Positions 48,296 to 63,210 are shown, counted from the stretch's first letter. The stretch is DNA of 64,000 bases from Octopus vulgaris (GCA_951406725.2 OX597833.1:50034001-50098000); one strand, 5' to 3'. Made by a program: numbers and translations. Notes: generated from the sequence alone by a model not told the origin.

Positions 48296-49922
48296 ATGCA
48301 ACATAAAAGAGGAATATATATATATATATATAAGCATTCATAGACACATTTATTAAACAACTCTGAATGATACAACGACGGAAGTAATTCCATACAGGGA
48401 GGTGGAGAGATCATTTTCAAATATTCTTCATGACGTCTAAACCTTTCGGTGGTAGTTTATGATTTGTTAGTGTCTTATGAAGTTTAATGTTATAAAAAGG
48501 AAAGACAAATGCGTTTTATATAGGAAATCCCTGCGAAACGGAACGTATCTGGAATTACTTTCTGCGCCTCCAGGGAATCCCAAACAAAAATAAATTATTT
48601 GGGGAAACGCCAGTTTAATTTATGCAACTTTCTTTGAGACAGACGATACAATGTGATTTCAGGCAGATTCCTAATAGGTCGAACAAATATATAGCACCCC
48701 TTTTTAAAAATTTATTTTTCCGCATGCTTATAACATATAAATTATCTTATGTATAAGTCCTTTTTTTTTTGTTTAATAAGTTACAAAAATCTCGACTGCT
48801 GGATATCCCGTACGGCTGTTTATGTAATTATATATTTGCTTGCTCATTAAATTAATTAACTGAATTTTGATTATTTTATTTTATTTTATTTCATTCTATT
48901 CTACATTCATGGAACACTGATAAATCATTAGAGAAGGATGTGAAAGCGAAAAAAATAATACAGATTGGCAAATTCCACGAATGATGATGATATTCACAGC
49001 TTGTACCTTAAAATATGTTTGTGTTTGGGTGTTTCGTATTTAAAAATTTTTCTTTTTATCATTTCAATATATTATTGTTTTATTTGAGAAATCCGCGTGT
49101 TTATTTTATAAATGTTTAATTTATGGAATCATATTTTCCTAACCATGGCAGGTGCACCACTTCCGGATGTCTGTTAGGGAGGAAAAAAAAACAACATAAC
49201 ATTAAGTCTCACTCATCGCCCCGTTTTGCTGGAACGATTCACATATTTTAGGTTGCATAAGGATTTTAAAGACAGATGGTGGCACAAAACAGTTTCTACA
49301 TGATGAAGATTCGTTGATATTTGGGTGACTCAAAAAAACGCTTAGACGAACATTTATCACACACAAAATATTCGCAGGCGCTCATATACACATAATATAC
49401 ACACATATATATATACGCATATGCGTAATCAGACATTCGCCTACTGACAAACTGACATGCAAAAGGTGCATACGTAACTATCACAACAAAAAACAAAATA
49501 TCACGTGAGTCATTAATTTCTTTTTCAGCAATTGAATAAATATTTTAATATGCTCTCTGATACACATTATAAAGGGCATACATAGACTCGTATTTATGCC
49601 CCGAAAACAGATACCGTGTCGCTGGAACATAGAGCTACAAATACATTTACAGCAGGTTTTTATATAAAACAACACATTTTAACATTTAAGAAATTTAACG
49701 ATGTTTCCTTAAGTGGAATCATTCCGGGTTGCATATAAAAATTATCGATCATTGCTTTTGAGATGTTGCTATTATAATAGAAACACGATCTGAAGCTGGT
49801 TTTTGCAGTGAGACTGAACCCAAAACAATGTAGTGGCGAAGCGGACGGTTTAACCAAACGGCCATCTCTGCGGTAATGTACACATATATATTTAACTTAG
49901 CTAACGAGCGAGTCTGTATATA

Positions 49923-50527
49923 TGTTTCTTCATTACCCACAAGGGGTTAAACATAGAGGGGACAAACAAGGACAGACAAACGAATTGAGTCGATTACATC
50001 GACCTCAGTGCGTAACTGGCACTTAATTTATCGACCCTGAAAGGATGAAAGGCAATGTCGACCTCGGCGGAATTTGAACTCAGAACGTAACGGCAGACGA
50101 AATACCTATTTCTTTACTACCCACAAGGGGCTAAACACAGAGAGGGACAAACGAGGACAGACAAACGGAATTAAGTCGATTACATCGACCCCAGTGCGTA
50201 ACTGGTACTTAATTTATCGACCCTGCAAGGATGAAAGGCAACGTCGACCTCGGCGGAATTTGAACTCAGAAAATAAGGTCAGACGAAATACCTATTTCTT
50301 TACTACCCACAAGGGGCTAAACATAGAGGGGACAAACAAGGACAGACAAACGAATTAAGTCGATTACATCGACCCTAGTGCGTAACTGGTACTTAATTTA
50401 TCGACCGCGAAAGGATGAAAGGCAAAGTCGACCTCGGCGGAATTTGAACTCAGAACGTAACGGCAGACGAAATACCTATTTCTTTACTACCCACAAGGGG
50501 CTAAACTCAGAACGTAACGGAAGACGA
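49923..50527 (-). mobile_element. Head-less multimer of SINE family A (three bodies plus a partial unit) bounded by one TSD
   Basis: Junction gaaatacc-tatttc at 50105, 50291 and 50475; flanking repeat agc(g/a)agtctgtatata at 49907-49922 and 50528-50543. Confidence 0.9.
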
Positions 50528-51098
50528 AGCAAGTCTGTATATAGTCAGTTGACCTTCTAGAACTAACAGCCAAATTTCACTCAAACCAACACCCTGTCAT
50601 TTTAAAAAAGGGAGAAAGGCTCATCGAATTATACGCTAGATATACGGTCTTTGATTTACAAACACATGAAAGACGGGATCATTGATGCTATATTGCATTT
50701 TGATCACTGGTCTTCCCTATGAGAGCTGACCAAGGGTTAAACAAGAAGAACTTGTGATAAAAGCTGTTAAAAGCGATATGCAACTAGAATGAATACAATT
50801 ATCTGTACTTCATCACAAATTTTTAAATCTTAATACAAGTCCTAAATATTTAGATCAAATACATCAAAATTATGTACTATATCCTGTTAGATTGGATATA
50901 GAGAGAGAGCATCAGCGAGGGCCTCAAATGAACAAAACCATGATTTTTACGTAGGATGACATCTTTTCCTGATCACTGCTTACAAAATGCTTCAAGGAAA
51001 AATAAGACAGCGACGGCATTGAAAATATATTTCTCTGAGCGAGAACTTCGCCCTAAATAACGCGCATTTGTACTGCTATTGGTAACATTGATGTGGCT

Positions 51099-51123
51099 GT
51101 TGCTGCTGCTGCTGCTACTACTG

Positions 51124-51213
<90 letters not shown>
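51099..51213. repeat. (CTG)n(CTA)n trinucleotide repeat
   Basis: Direct inspection. Confidence 0.95.
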
Positions 51214-51438
51214 GGTGAGCGGCGTCATCCCTGTACCCCTTGTCGTCTTGTTCTGGCTTTTACTTTTTCATTCTAAATTCCTGCACGAAATATTTGTTAC
51301 ATCATTCCAAAGTCATTACACCATCTTTAGGTATTCACTCCCAATTATGTGCAACCAATTAAACTTCTGATCCTTCAAAGGCTTTAAATTGGGCAAATTA
51401 ATACACCCGACCCATCTTTACACTTCCACACAAATATT

Positions 51439-51503
<65 letters not shown>

Positions 51504-51505
<2 letters not shown>

Positions 51506-51742
51506 GCCGGAGTAAGCACATAAATGTGAAACAAGGTGGAAAAAAGAGTACTCAAATACCAGAGGTAGAGTAATATGCTTCATTTAAAAGCAGCAGAAAT
51601 GTAACAAAAGCTGTTACTCGGAGTTTCATATTCCCGTTCGTCGGACGAATTCTTATTCAAGAATTTTCGTCGGACGAACGGGAACGTTAAACTCCGAGTA
51701 ACAGCTTTTGTTACATTTCTGATGCTTTTAAATAAAGTATAT
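51504..51742. mobile_element. Probable Penelope pLTR relic in inverted arrangement, with two hammerhead-like motifs
   Basis: ~74-bp inverted repeat 51573-51646 / 51669-51742 between (TA)n tracts; arms read GT-C(C/G)GACGA-ACG(GGAA)(CG/TA)T-(G/T)AAA-CTCCGAGT-A-ACAG. Confidence 0.65.
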
Positions 51743-51750
51743 ATATATAC

Positions 51751-51787
<37 letters not shown>

Positions 51788-51788
51788 A

Positions 51789-51881
<93 letters not shown>

Positions 51882-52439
51882 TGAGTATGTGTGAGCGTAA
51901 ATGTGCCGGTGTATGTTTGTGTTTGTGTGTGTGTGACGCGCGAGCACGTTTTTGTGTAACACTGTGTGTGAGTGTATATATATATACATGTGTGTGTATA
52001 TGTATGTTTGTGTGTGTGTGCGTATATCTATGTATTTATATATGCATGTATGTAGTATGCATACATATACAGGCTTACACTTACATGCCACACTATAACC
52101 ACGCTCACACAGAACTGAACTGAACATAAATTCATTGAGTAAATGTGAAGAAATCTTCATTTAGAGGTTCTGTTGTAAAGCTTGTTTAGAATGACACAAA
52201 CTTGTACTATTATCAATGATACAGTTTCCGTCTACCAATAACCCTCACAAAGCGTTGGTTAACCCGGAGAAGACGTAAAAACACTTGAGCATATTGCTGT
52301 GCACAGGGACTGAACCAGCAGCCAAGCAATGGCAAAGCAAGCTTCTTAACGACACAGCCATGCCTGCACAATTTAAATTCCGATTTAATTTTCAATTAAA
52401 ATTCATTAATTCCAATTTATTCTTTATCTTATCTTTTAG

Positions 52440-53422
<983 letters not shown>

Positions 53423-54094
53423 TATATATACATCTTACAGCTAAAACATATTTAATTTACAATTAAAAAAATGTTTAATTCCAATTTAATTTACAATTAA
53501 AACATTTAATAATACTAGTGTTCTCACAATAGCGGAAGCGATCGTAAATTAGCACTTCGCTGGACAGTTCTTTCTTTGCTGCTAACCTTAGCTTCGGTTT
53601 CGCGTTTGTTTGTTTAGTTGTTGTTCTTTCGGAAGCTTGTTTTATTGATTGTACGAAAATTGTGAAGTTTCTTCACTCTAGTTGTAACTTGTCATCTTTA
53701 ATTGGCCAACTGACACTGATATCTAGTCAGACTGACAAACATGCACTAAAACATTATTATGAGATTGGCTGTAGACAAATTATTGATGATAGAATTGATA
53801 ATTGATAGACAGAAAAACGTGGTTTATGCGTATGTGTTTATGCGTATATGTTTGTTTGGGGAGAAAGAGAGAGAGAGGGGGAGGGAGAGAGAGAGGAGAG
53901 GAGAGAGAGAGAGGTGGAGGGAGAGAGAGAGGAGAATGCAATACGGAGAGACACGTAGTTAAATTAAATAGCGTCAGACAGAAATTAGACTGATAGATGA
54001 ACAGAATGAGAGGTATAATATATATATATACACACATGCATATATAATATATATACACACATCCATATATATTGGTGCCTTGTTGTACCACTTA

Positions 54095-54102
54095 TCTAAT
54101 TA

Positions 54103-54156
<54 letters not shown>

Positions 54157-54157
54157 G

Positions 54158-54195
<38 letters not shown>

Positions 54196-54272
54196 ATGTA
54201 TATAATAATTTGTAAATATATATATATATAAGCATGTTTTATATATATATATATACATATTGATAGATAGAT

Positions 54273-54307
<35 letters not shown>

Positions 54308-54450
54308 CACATACATAGATACATACATACATACATACATACATACATACATACATACATACATACATACATACATACATACATACTTACATACATACAT
54401 GCATACATACATATATACATACATACATGCATACATGCATACATACATAG
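54095..54450. repeat. (TA)n/(GATA)n/(TACA)n compound microsatellite
   Basis: Direct inspection. Confidence 0.95.
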
Positions 54451-54997
54451 ATAAATTGAAGGAAAAGAGGTATGTAGACAATATGGCGAATCGGTTCGAG
54501 AGTGGAACATTTGAGGCTGGGTTGAGGAAGGTTTTCCTAATAATGGGAGTCGAATTAAGGGGTTGAGAGATAAAAGTGCTGTGCTGAAAGTGGGCAGGAA
54601 TTTCTGAGTTAATTTAAGCTAAAAGGATAGGAAATGGCTTGAAAGTGTGTTGAAAGCGAATAATTAACGGTGATGTAGAGATACGAGAGGATGAAGTAAT
54701 TAGTAAGTTGCTGGCTCCAGTCCTGGCTGCCAAACAGCCCAGTAAATTTGGGACAGATGGTCACTGCATAGCATACGCATCATGCAGGCGAGTAGACATA
54801 CATATATATATAGAGACGTGCGTACGTACATATCGAAAACACACAGGCGCGTACGTACGTTTATGTGTCTTACACTTCTATTTCATAGACGAATAAGCGT
54901 GATAGCGTACACTAAGGATATTACAATTGGCAACGTTAACATCACTGACGCTCCTACTGATCCACAGAACCCATCCACTACACACTCAAATGAAAAT

Positions 54998-55054
<57 letters not shown>

Positions 55055-55289
55055 AGAAGAAAAGGGGGAGAGAGAGAGAGAAAAGGGAGAGAGAGAGAAA
55101 GAGAGAGATGGAGGGAGAGAGAGCCTTTAAGAATGTTCCAATTCAGATAAATGGTTTCATTGATAAAAAGAACGCATAGGTGCATATATATAAATATATA
55201 CCTACATACATATATAAATATACATACATATATGTGATACATACGACATGCAAACATACATACTTACATACATGCATGTGGTATATACT

Positions 55290-55355
<66 letters not shown>

Positions 55356-55641
55356 TCTTTTACTTATTTCAGTCATTTCACTTTTAACAAAGCACCACTT
55401 TTAATCGAACAAATAGACCCCAGAACTTATTCTTTGTATGCCTAGTGCTTATTCTATCGGCCTCTTAAGTCGCACCGCTAAGTTACGGGGACGTATACAC
55501 ACCAGCATCGGTTGTCAAGCGATGTTGCGGGAACAAACAGACACACAAACGTATACACACACACACACACATACATACATACATACATACATACATACAT
55601 ACATACATACATACATACATACATACATACATACATACATA

Positions 55642-55844
55642 CAGTAATCCTTCGATTATCGCGAGTGTTACGAACCAAAACCCCCCGCGTTAAGTGAAAA
55701 TCCGCGAAGCAGAAACAGTACTGTATATCTTTTTTAATATTGTTATAATTTGTATATATCTATTTTATCATAAATGCAAAACAATACCACGGAGAAATAG
55801 ACGTAAGCTTAAATAATAAATCGCAATATGGCGAGGGGTAACTG
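55642..55844. mobile_element. Tigger/pogo-like MITE, copy 1
   Basis: TA-CAGTAATCCTTCG..CGAGGGGTAACTG-TA termini; similar to 56312-56548. Confidence 0.8.
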
Positions 55845-55906
55845 TATGCTTATATATATATATATATAAACACATATGCAATTTTTATCAATGCAACCAT
55901 TCATTT

Positions 55907-56167
55907 GTGGAGGCGCGTGGCTTAGTGGTTAGGGTATCAGCATCATGATCGTAAGATTCTGGTTTCGATTCCTGGACAGGGCGACGCGTTGTGTTCTTGA
56001 GCAAAACACTTCATTTCACGTTGCTCCAGTCCACTCAGCTGGCAAAAATGAGTAACGTTGTGATGTACTGGCGTCCCGTCCAGCTGGGGAACACATACGC
56101 CATTGAAACTAGGAAACCGGGCCCATGAGGCTGGCTAGGCTTTAAAAGGACGCATATATTATTATTT
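55907..56167 (+). mobile_element. SINE family D with 12-bp TSD
   Basis: TSD aaccattcattt at 55895-55906 and 56168-56179. Confidence 0.9.
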
Positions 56168-56311
56168 AACCATTCATTTATATATGTATATGTATGTACG
56201 AGTATATGTCGTATATACATATATATATGCACCCATGCGTAGGTTTATACCTATATATATATATGCAGGTATATACTTATGCTGATATACAGTTATATAT
56301 ATGCAGGTATA

Positions 56312-56548
56312 CAGTAATCTCTCGACTATTGCGGGTGTTACGTTCCAAAAAACCCCGCGATAGGTGAAAATCTGCGAAGCGGAAACAGTACGATACTATA
56401 TATATTTTTTTATTATGTTTATAATTTGTATATATTTATTTTATTATAAAGGCAAAACAACACCACGGAGGAAACGACGTAAGCTTCAATAATAAACAGC
56501 AATAGGTGAACCGCGATAAGTGAACCGCGATACGGCGAGGGATTATTG
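56312..56548. mobile_element. Tigger/pogo-like MITE, copy 2
   Basis: TA-CAGTAATCTCTCG..CGAGGGATTATTG-TA termini. Confidence 0.8.
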
Positions 56549-56762
56549 TACATACATACATACACAGAAATCAACCAGCTAATTCGCATGTTACAAATAC
56601 AATACGTAAGCGGAACAGTAAAATTATGCAAGAATTTTCAAGAATTTTCGTAAGTTCAAAATGTGACATTGTTTTTGTTATCTACATCCGAACGAAAGAA
56701 CATTGTATCGTTACGCGAAACCAGCTGTTTCCTTACAGCAAAAGTTCAAGCCATTAAAAGGA

Positions 56763-57075
56763 ACATACATACATACACGTACGCATATATACACTTACAT
56801 ATATACGCGTATACCTACATATATACATATATACATGCATACATACATACACGCACCCATATACACACTTATATACATACACGTATACATACATAGATAC
56901 GTACATGCATGCATGCATATATATATACGCAAGCATATATACACTTACATACATACACATATACATACATACTTACACGTATACATACATAGGTATATGC
57001 ATGCTTGCATACATACACGCATACATACATACATACACATACATACATACATACATACATACATACATACATACA

Positions 57076-57108
<33 letters not shown>

Positions 57109-57335
57109 GCATGCATATACGCACTTACATAGACATATACATACATAGATACATATATATATACATGCTTGCATACATACATTCATACATACATACATAC
57201 ATACACGCACGCACTCAAATCCCCACTTACATACATTCACGTGTACATGCATAGAGATATGCATACATACATGCATACATACACGCACATAAATACACAC
57301 TTACATACATGCACGTATATATACATAGATACATG
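56763..57335. repeat. (TACA)n-derived low-complexity block
   Basis: Direct inspection. Confidence 0.95.
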
Positions 57336-57677
57336 TATGTTTGCATTTAAACTTGCTCTATAAACATTTGTAAGCAGAACAATAAGCATGTACAAGAATT
57401 TTCTTAAGTAGAACACGAAACTAAATTCTTCGCCAAATGGTTATTTAAATCCCAGCGACGAAACTTCGTTTATTTCTTGAGAAACAAGTTCCTTCCAAAT
57501 GCTTTTCTCAGTAAGAATTCAAAGAATGGGAGAGAAAAAAAGGTAGAATTACATAATGTTGATGACAGATAGGTAACAGGAAATGAACTAGATGCGTATC
57601 ATATATACTTTAACATCTTATGCGATATACTACTATCTACCCTGATGTGTGCATGTGTGTGTCTCTTGGTTGTGTGA

Positions 57678-57836
57678 AGTTAAGGTCTACGTAATCTATG
57701 GTCTAAATTAAAGTCTTTCTAATTTATGGTCTATGTAATCTATGGTCTAAGTTGAGGTCTTTGTAATTTGAGGTCAATGTAATATTTGGTCTAAGTTAAG
57801 GTCTATTTAAGATCTATATAATCTACAGTCCAAGTA
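57678..57836. repeat. Degenerate short-period tandem repeat (..ggtcta.gtaat.ta..)
   Basis: Recurrent aaggtctacgtaatctatggtctaagtt variants. Confidence 0.7.
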
Positions 57837-57889
57837 ATCGGATTTATTACCACTGCCTACCATAAAACTACACTTTTAAGCCCATTGTT

Positions 57890-58275
57890 TACATTATTTA
57901 CATTCGACGGGTATTTGACCTCATCTTAACTACTATGACATACGACCACGGGCATATGGCGTAGTGGTTAAGAGCTCTGGCTACTAACCCCAAGATTTCG
58001 AGTTCGATTCCAGGTAGTGATGTGAATATTATTATTATTTTTAATAATAATAATAATGATAATGATGATAATAATAATAAAATAATATCAACAACAAGAT
58101 CAAAAAATACCTTAGAAATGAGAACCCAAGTTCAAAATTTCTCCAAGACATCTCATGAAGGCTGGAGGGTGTATAAGCTGAAACTTTGTGTTAACAACAA
58201 ACAAGGTGAGGACAAATATCCGTCAAATGTAAATAATGTACGTAATTCCTCATCTCTTAAATATAGAACTGTACA
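57890..58275 (+). mobile_element. tRNA-headed element with hammerhead-like tail and an inverted 5' partial copy
   Basis: tRNA-like head 57950-58020 (TGGCGTAGTGG A-box, GTTCGATTCC B-box); (AAT)n; GACAT-CTCATGA-A-GGCT..AGCT-GAAA-CTTT-GTGTT at 58147-58192; 57890-57927 is the reverse complement of 58203-58240. Confidence 0.65.
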
Positions 58276-58990
58276 ATTCTAAGTTCATTTTGGGCTGCGC
58301 TACTTCACATTATTAGCTTTCCTTGTTCGGTAATAGCTGAATGATACAAAAATGTAAAACTATTCACATTCACAAAATTATTGGCGAGGGTAAATAATAT
58401 AAAGTAATACAGTAGTGTAATGCAAAAGCTAAGAAATCAGTGATTACATCCAGGACTTGCAATAAGCGAATGCTAAATTAATTTCTCCAGCAATATATTA
58501 AGTAAACTGTGTATAAGATTTGTTACTTATTTCTTACTGAGAAAACGCAATGTCTTATTGAAAGAGACAACGAAACACTTGTAGCATGAACTAGACTATC
58601 TATCTATACGTTATCTCAGCAATAACAAAATGGCGTATATTTTTAGCTTATTCAAATTTCCTTTCTGCTAGTGTATTTATAAAATGTCTATTATATATCC
58701 ATCCTATTGCTTATTTTAGATAACATCTCATTATAAGATTTAGCAAAATCTTTGTTATTGTAAGAGAAAAAAATTTGAATTCTAACATTAGCTGAAAAGT
58801 TCGCGTGTTTTCCTCTATCAACAATTTAACAATTAGATATATTTTTATGAAACACGGTGTTATGGCAACCAGCCAGTATTATACAGCTTCATACATCAGT
58901 TCAACTCAGGACAATTTATACTTTCGGAAGAATTCACCAAACTTTATCTAAACTGTATATATTGCTATTTTATTATATATATATATATAT

Positions 58991-59410
58991 ACTCTTTTAC
59001 TCTTTTACTTGTTTCAGTCATTTGACTACGGCCATGCTGGAGCACCGCCTTTAGTCGAACAAATCGACCCCAGGATCTACTCTTTGTAAGCCTAGTACTT
59101 AATCTATCGGTTTCCCTTTTGCCGAGCCGCTAAGTTACGGGGACGTAAACACACCAGCATCGGTTGTCAAGCGATGTTGGAGGGACAAACACAGACACAC
59201 AAACATATACACACACATACATATATATGTATATACATATATACGACGGGCTTCTTTCAGTTTCCGTCTACCAAATCCACTCACAAGGCATTGGTCGGCC
59301 CGAGGCTATAGTAGAAGACACTTGCCCAAGGTGCCACGCAGTGGGTGGGATTGAACCCGGAACAATGTGGTTGGTAAGCAAGCAACTTACCACACAGCCA
59401 CTCCTGCGCC
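58991..59410 (-). mobile_element. SINE family B, full length
   Basis: Match to family B consensus. Confidence 0.9.
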
Positions 59411-60275
59411 TTTATATATATATATATAAAGTCTTTCAGGATATGTGCTATATCTACCACCACATATCAACTATCATGAGATTTTACCCACACACATATT
59501 ATATTCCCTAAGTTAACTGTTAATAAAAATTCGACTCTTCGTGGTCTTCATATGTTGTTTTAATTTCACTCAGGTTACATAAATCATTCTTATTGCCTCC
59601 ACCTGGTTTCACTCATCTCGAACATTATAACAGATGACTTAGATAAGATATTCAATATTTTAAGTAAAATCTGCCATGTCTCTCTACATATGCTAAGACT
59701 TCTCATAAAAATGCATAATTTCTGCTCTATATTCTAACTCTCATGTCTCATCCCAGCTCTTATTCAGCATATTATTCGTCTATTCTATATCTTTCTATAA
59801 AATTCTGCTGTTTTCCTTCTTTCGGTTGAACTACATCACGTTTGGTTTTCTTTTGCGTGATTCTTCTCAACTATCAAATACCAGATGATGCAAGATAATT
59901 ATGCCAAAGAAGAAAGCATCTCTCCTCTTCCTCCCCTCCTTCTCCTCCTCGTCTCACTCTCTCTCTCTCTCTCTCTCTCCCTTTATATATATATATATAT
60001 TCTTTTACTTGTTCCGGTTCTTTGACTGCGGCCATGCCGGAGCACCGCCTTTAGCAGAGCAAATCAATCCCAGGACTTATTTTTTGTAAGCCTAGTAGTT
60101 ATTCTATCGGGGTTCTTTTACGAGCCGGTAGATTACAGGGACGTAAATACACCAACATCGGTTGTCAAGCGATGGTGGGATAACACAGACACAAATACAA
60201 GCATGCATGCATGCATATATATATATATATATATTGTATATGGATAGATAGGAGTGGCTATATTGTAAGATAGGA

Positions 60276-60314
<39 letters not shown>

Positions 60315-60594
60315 TGTATACACACACAATATATATGTGTAATATATATGTGCACACATATATTGAATGAAGTGTGAAACAATCATATTTAACTCGTTCC
60401 TGTACGCTTAGACGGGGGAAGACCTTTTGCAGTAGTTGCAGTCTCGGAGAAAATTTCTTACACATAAACAATATGTGCAGACACATCATTTAATGTATTT
60501 CTCCCGAGACCATTTCCCACGTTCAAGTGTATACGATGTGTATACGCTGATACTTATGCGTGTATATACATACATACATACATACACACATATG

Positions 60595-60632
<38 letters not shown>

Positions 60633-60635
60633 AGA

Positions 60636-60747
60636 GAAGAAAAAGAAAATGGAGATTGGGAAGTTAATAATTGTCTGCCAAGATGATTAATTTGCTGTTA
60701 ATAATGAACGATTATTAACTTTCCAATCTCCATTTTCTTTTTCTTCT
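60636..60747. repeat. ~35-bp inverted repeat between (TA)n tracts
   Basis: aagaaaaagaaaatggagattgggaagttaataat ... attattaactttccaatctccattttctttttctt. Confidence 0.85.
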
Positions 60748-60813
60748 TTTATATGAATATATATATATATATATATCTGTAAATGTAATATGTGACAATT
60801 ATTCGGTAGCCAT

Positions 60814-60874
60814 GATAAACCTCCGAGTTTCGGATGCCGAGGTGGAAATCCACGCCGCCATCTCTTCAGTTATC
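60814..60874 (-). ncRNA. Hammerhead-ribozyme-like motif (CUGAAGA core) in a probable pLTR relic
   Basis: Minus strand GAUAA-CUGAAGA-GAUG..GUGG(AUUU)CCAC..CAUC-C-GAAA-CUC(G)GAG-GU-UUAUC; position 16.1 is G rather than U in this copy. Confidence 0.6.
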
Positions 60875-60934
60875 CGGCCATCGGAAAAATACTATGAAAA
60901 ATGTTGTCTCACCATTTTTATCAATATATATTTA

Positions 60935-60997
<63 letters not shown>

Positions 60998-61525
60998 ATA
61001 TATATATATATATATACATATATACACCACGCGCTTCGTTCAGTTCCTGTCAGTTTACCAAACCACCTTAACAAACTCACTCACAAGACTTTGATCAGCC
61101 TGAGATTCTTATAGAAGGCACTTGCCCAAGGTGCCACATGATGTGAGGGAACCTGGTACCATGTAACTGCGAACCAAGCTTCTTACCACAGAGCAATATA
61201 TATACGAAAGAGCGAGAGAGAGAGAGAGATGGGTGGAGGGTGGCAATCTCAAAGAGTTTCAAATGGAGAATGTAATACAAATACGAAAAGGAATTCTTGG
61301 AAATCACGAACGAACATATACAAGACAAATGAGACGTTGTCTGTTGCCTGATTTTCTTCATGTCTTAGATTGGTTGTTCAACTCTAGAAAATAATAACTA
61401 GTTTCGTGTGTTGGTCTTCTTTTATCATAGATTCACTCACACACATGTATAATATACAGTGAGATTCTTAGTTGGGTATATACACTCATGTATGTAATAC
61501 AAGTGCAACATATATGGGCATATAT

Positions 61526-61571
<46 letters not shown>

Positions 61572-61703
61572 GCATCAATTTGTACTCACACACAGACAAA
61601 CATACAAACATACTCACACACATACACACATGTACAAACGTGCGCACACGCATACATGTATAAATAGATCATCACACACACAAGCACATACATGTGCAGG
61701 TTT

Positions 61704-61704
<1 letters not shown>

Positions 61705-61740
<36 letters not shown>

Positions 61741-61759
61741 TAGATAAATAGATAGATAA

Positions 61760-61828
<69 letters not shown>

Positions 61829-61971
61829 CAAACAGACAAACAGACAATTAGAGAGATTGAGTGTGAAAAAGGAAAGGTAGAGAGCGAGGGAAAGAGTTAG
61901 GGAGAGAGGAGATAGATAGATAGATACATTGAGGGATAGATACATTGAGAGACAGAGATAGATAGAGAGAC

Positions 61972-62056
<85 letters not shown>

Positions 62057-62280
62057 CAGAGACAGATAGAGAGGGGGAGACAGGGGTAGACAAAGAGAGA
62101 GATAGAAAGTGAGGGATAGGTAGAGATAGATAGAGATAGATAGATAAACAGATAAAGTAGATAAATAGATAGATAAATAGAGAGAGGGGGGAGAGAGATT
62201 GAGAGAGAAAGACAAGGGAGAGAGATGGAGACAGACAGACGAACGGACAGACGGACAGACAGATAGGTAAGTAGATACAT
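61705..62280. repeat. (GATA)n/(GACA)n/GA-rich block
   Basis: Direct inspection. Confidence 0.95.
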
Positions 62281-62538
62281 ATCAACAATCTCTTATATAG
62301 GTACCGTTCTCAACACACAATACAACACACATAAACACTACAAAAAAAAAAGGAACCGCATACATCCTTAACACACACAACTATACACCTTTGACATGTC
62401 CATTTCCTCTGCCAAATTGATTCGTAATTTTCATTGTCCGCCATTTCCTATGGCAACATTCTTGACTATTTGCCAGACTCTGTTGCTCTGTCACATGCAA
62501 TTAGAACCAGCACAAGGATCAAGAGTGTATGTAATGTA

Positions 62539-62589
<51 letters not shown>

Positions 62590-62727
62590 AAAGAGAGAGA
62601 GAGAGAAGAGGAAAGAAAGAGAGAAAGAGAGAGAGAGACTCCCTCTCCGTTTTTCCCGACCTTAAAAACAATACCACACTCCACCATAATAATTACAATG
62701 ATAATATGGATGCTGTGCGACGTCTTT

Positions 62728-62760
62728 AACAACAACAACAACAATAATAATAATGATAAC

Positions 62761-62795
<35 letters not shown>

Positions 62796-62832
62796 TAAAA
62801 AATAATGATAAAAATAATGATAATAATAATAA

Positions 62833-62864
<32 letters not shown>

Positions 62865-62927
62865 ATAAAAATAATGATAAAAATAATAATAATAATAATA
62901 ATAATGATAATAATGATAAAAATAATG

Positions 62928-62982
<55 letters not shown>

Positions 62983-62993
62983 TAAAAATAATG

Positions 62994-63060
<67 letters not shown>

Positions 63061-63149
63061 TGATAATAAGAATAATAATAATGATAATGATAATAACAAT
63101 GATAATAATAATAATAATGATAATGATAAAAATAATGATAATAATAATG

Positions 63150-63210
<61 letters not shown>

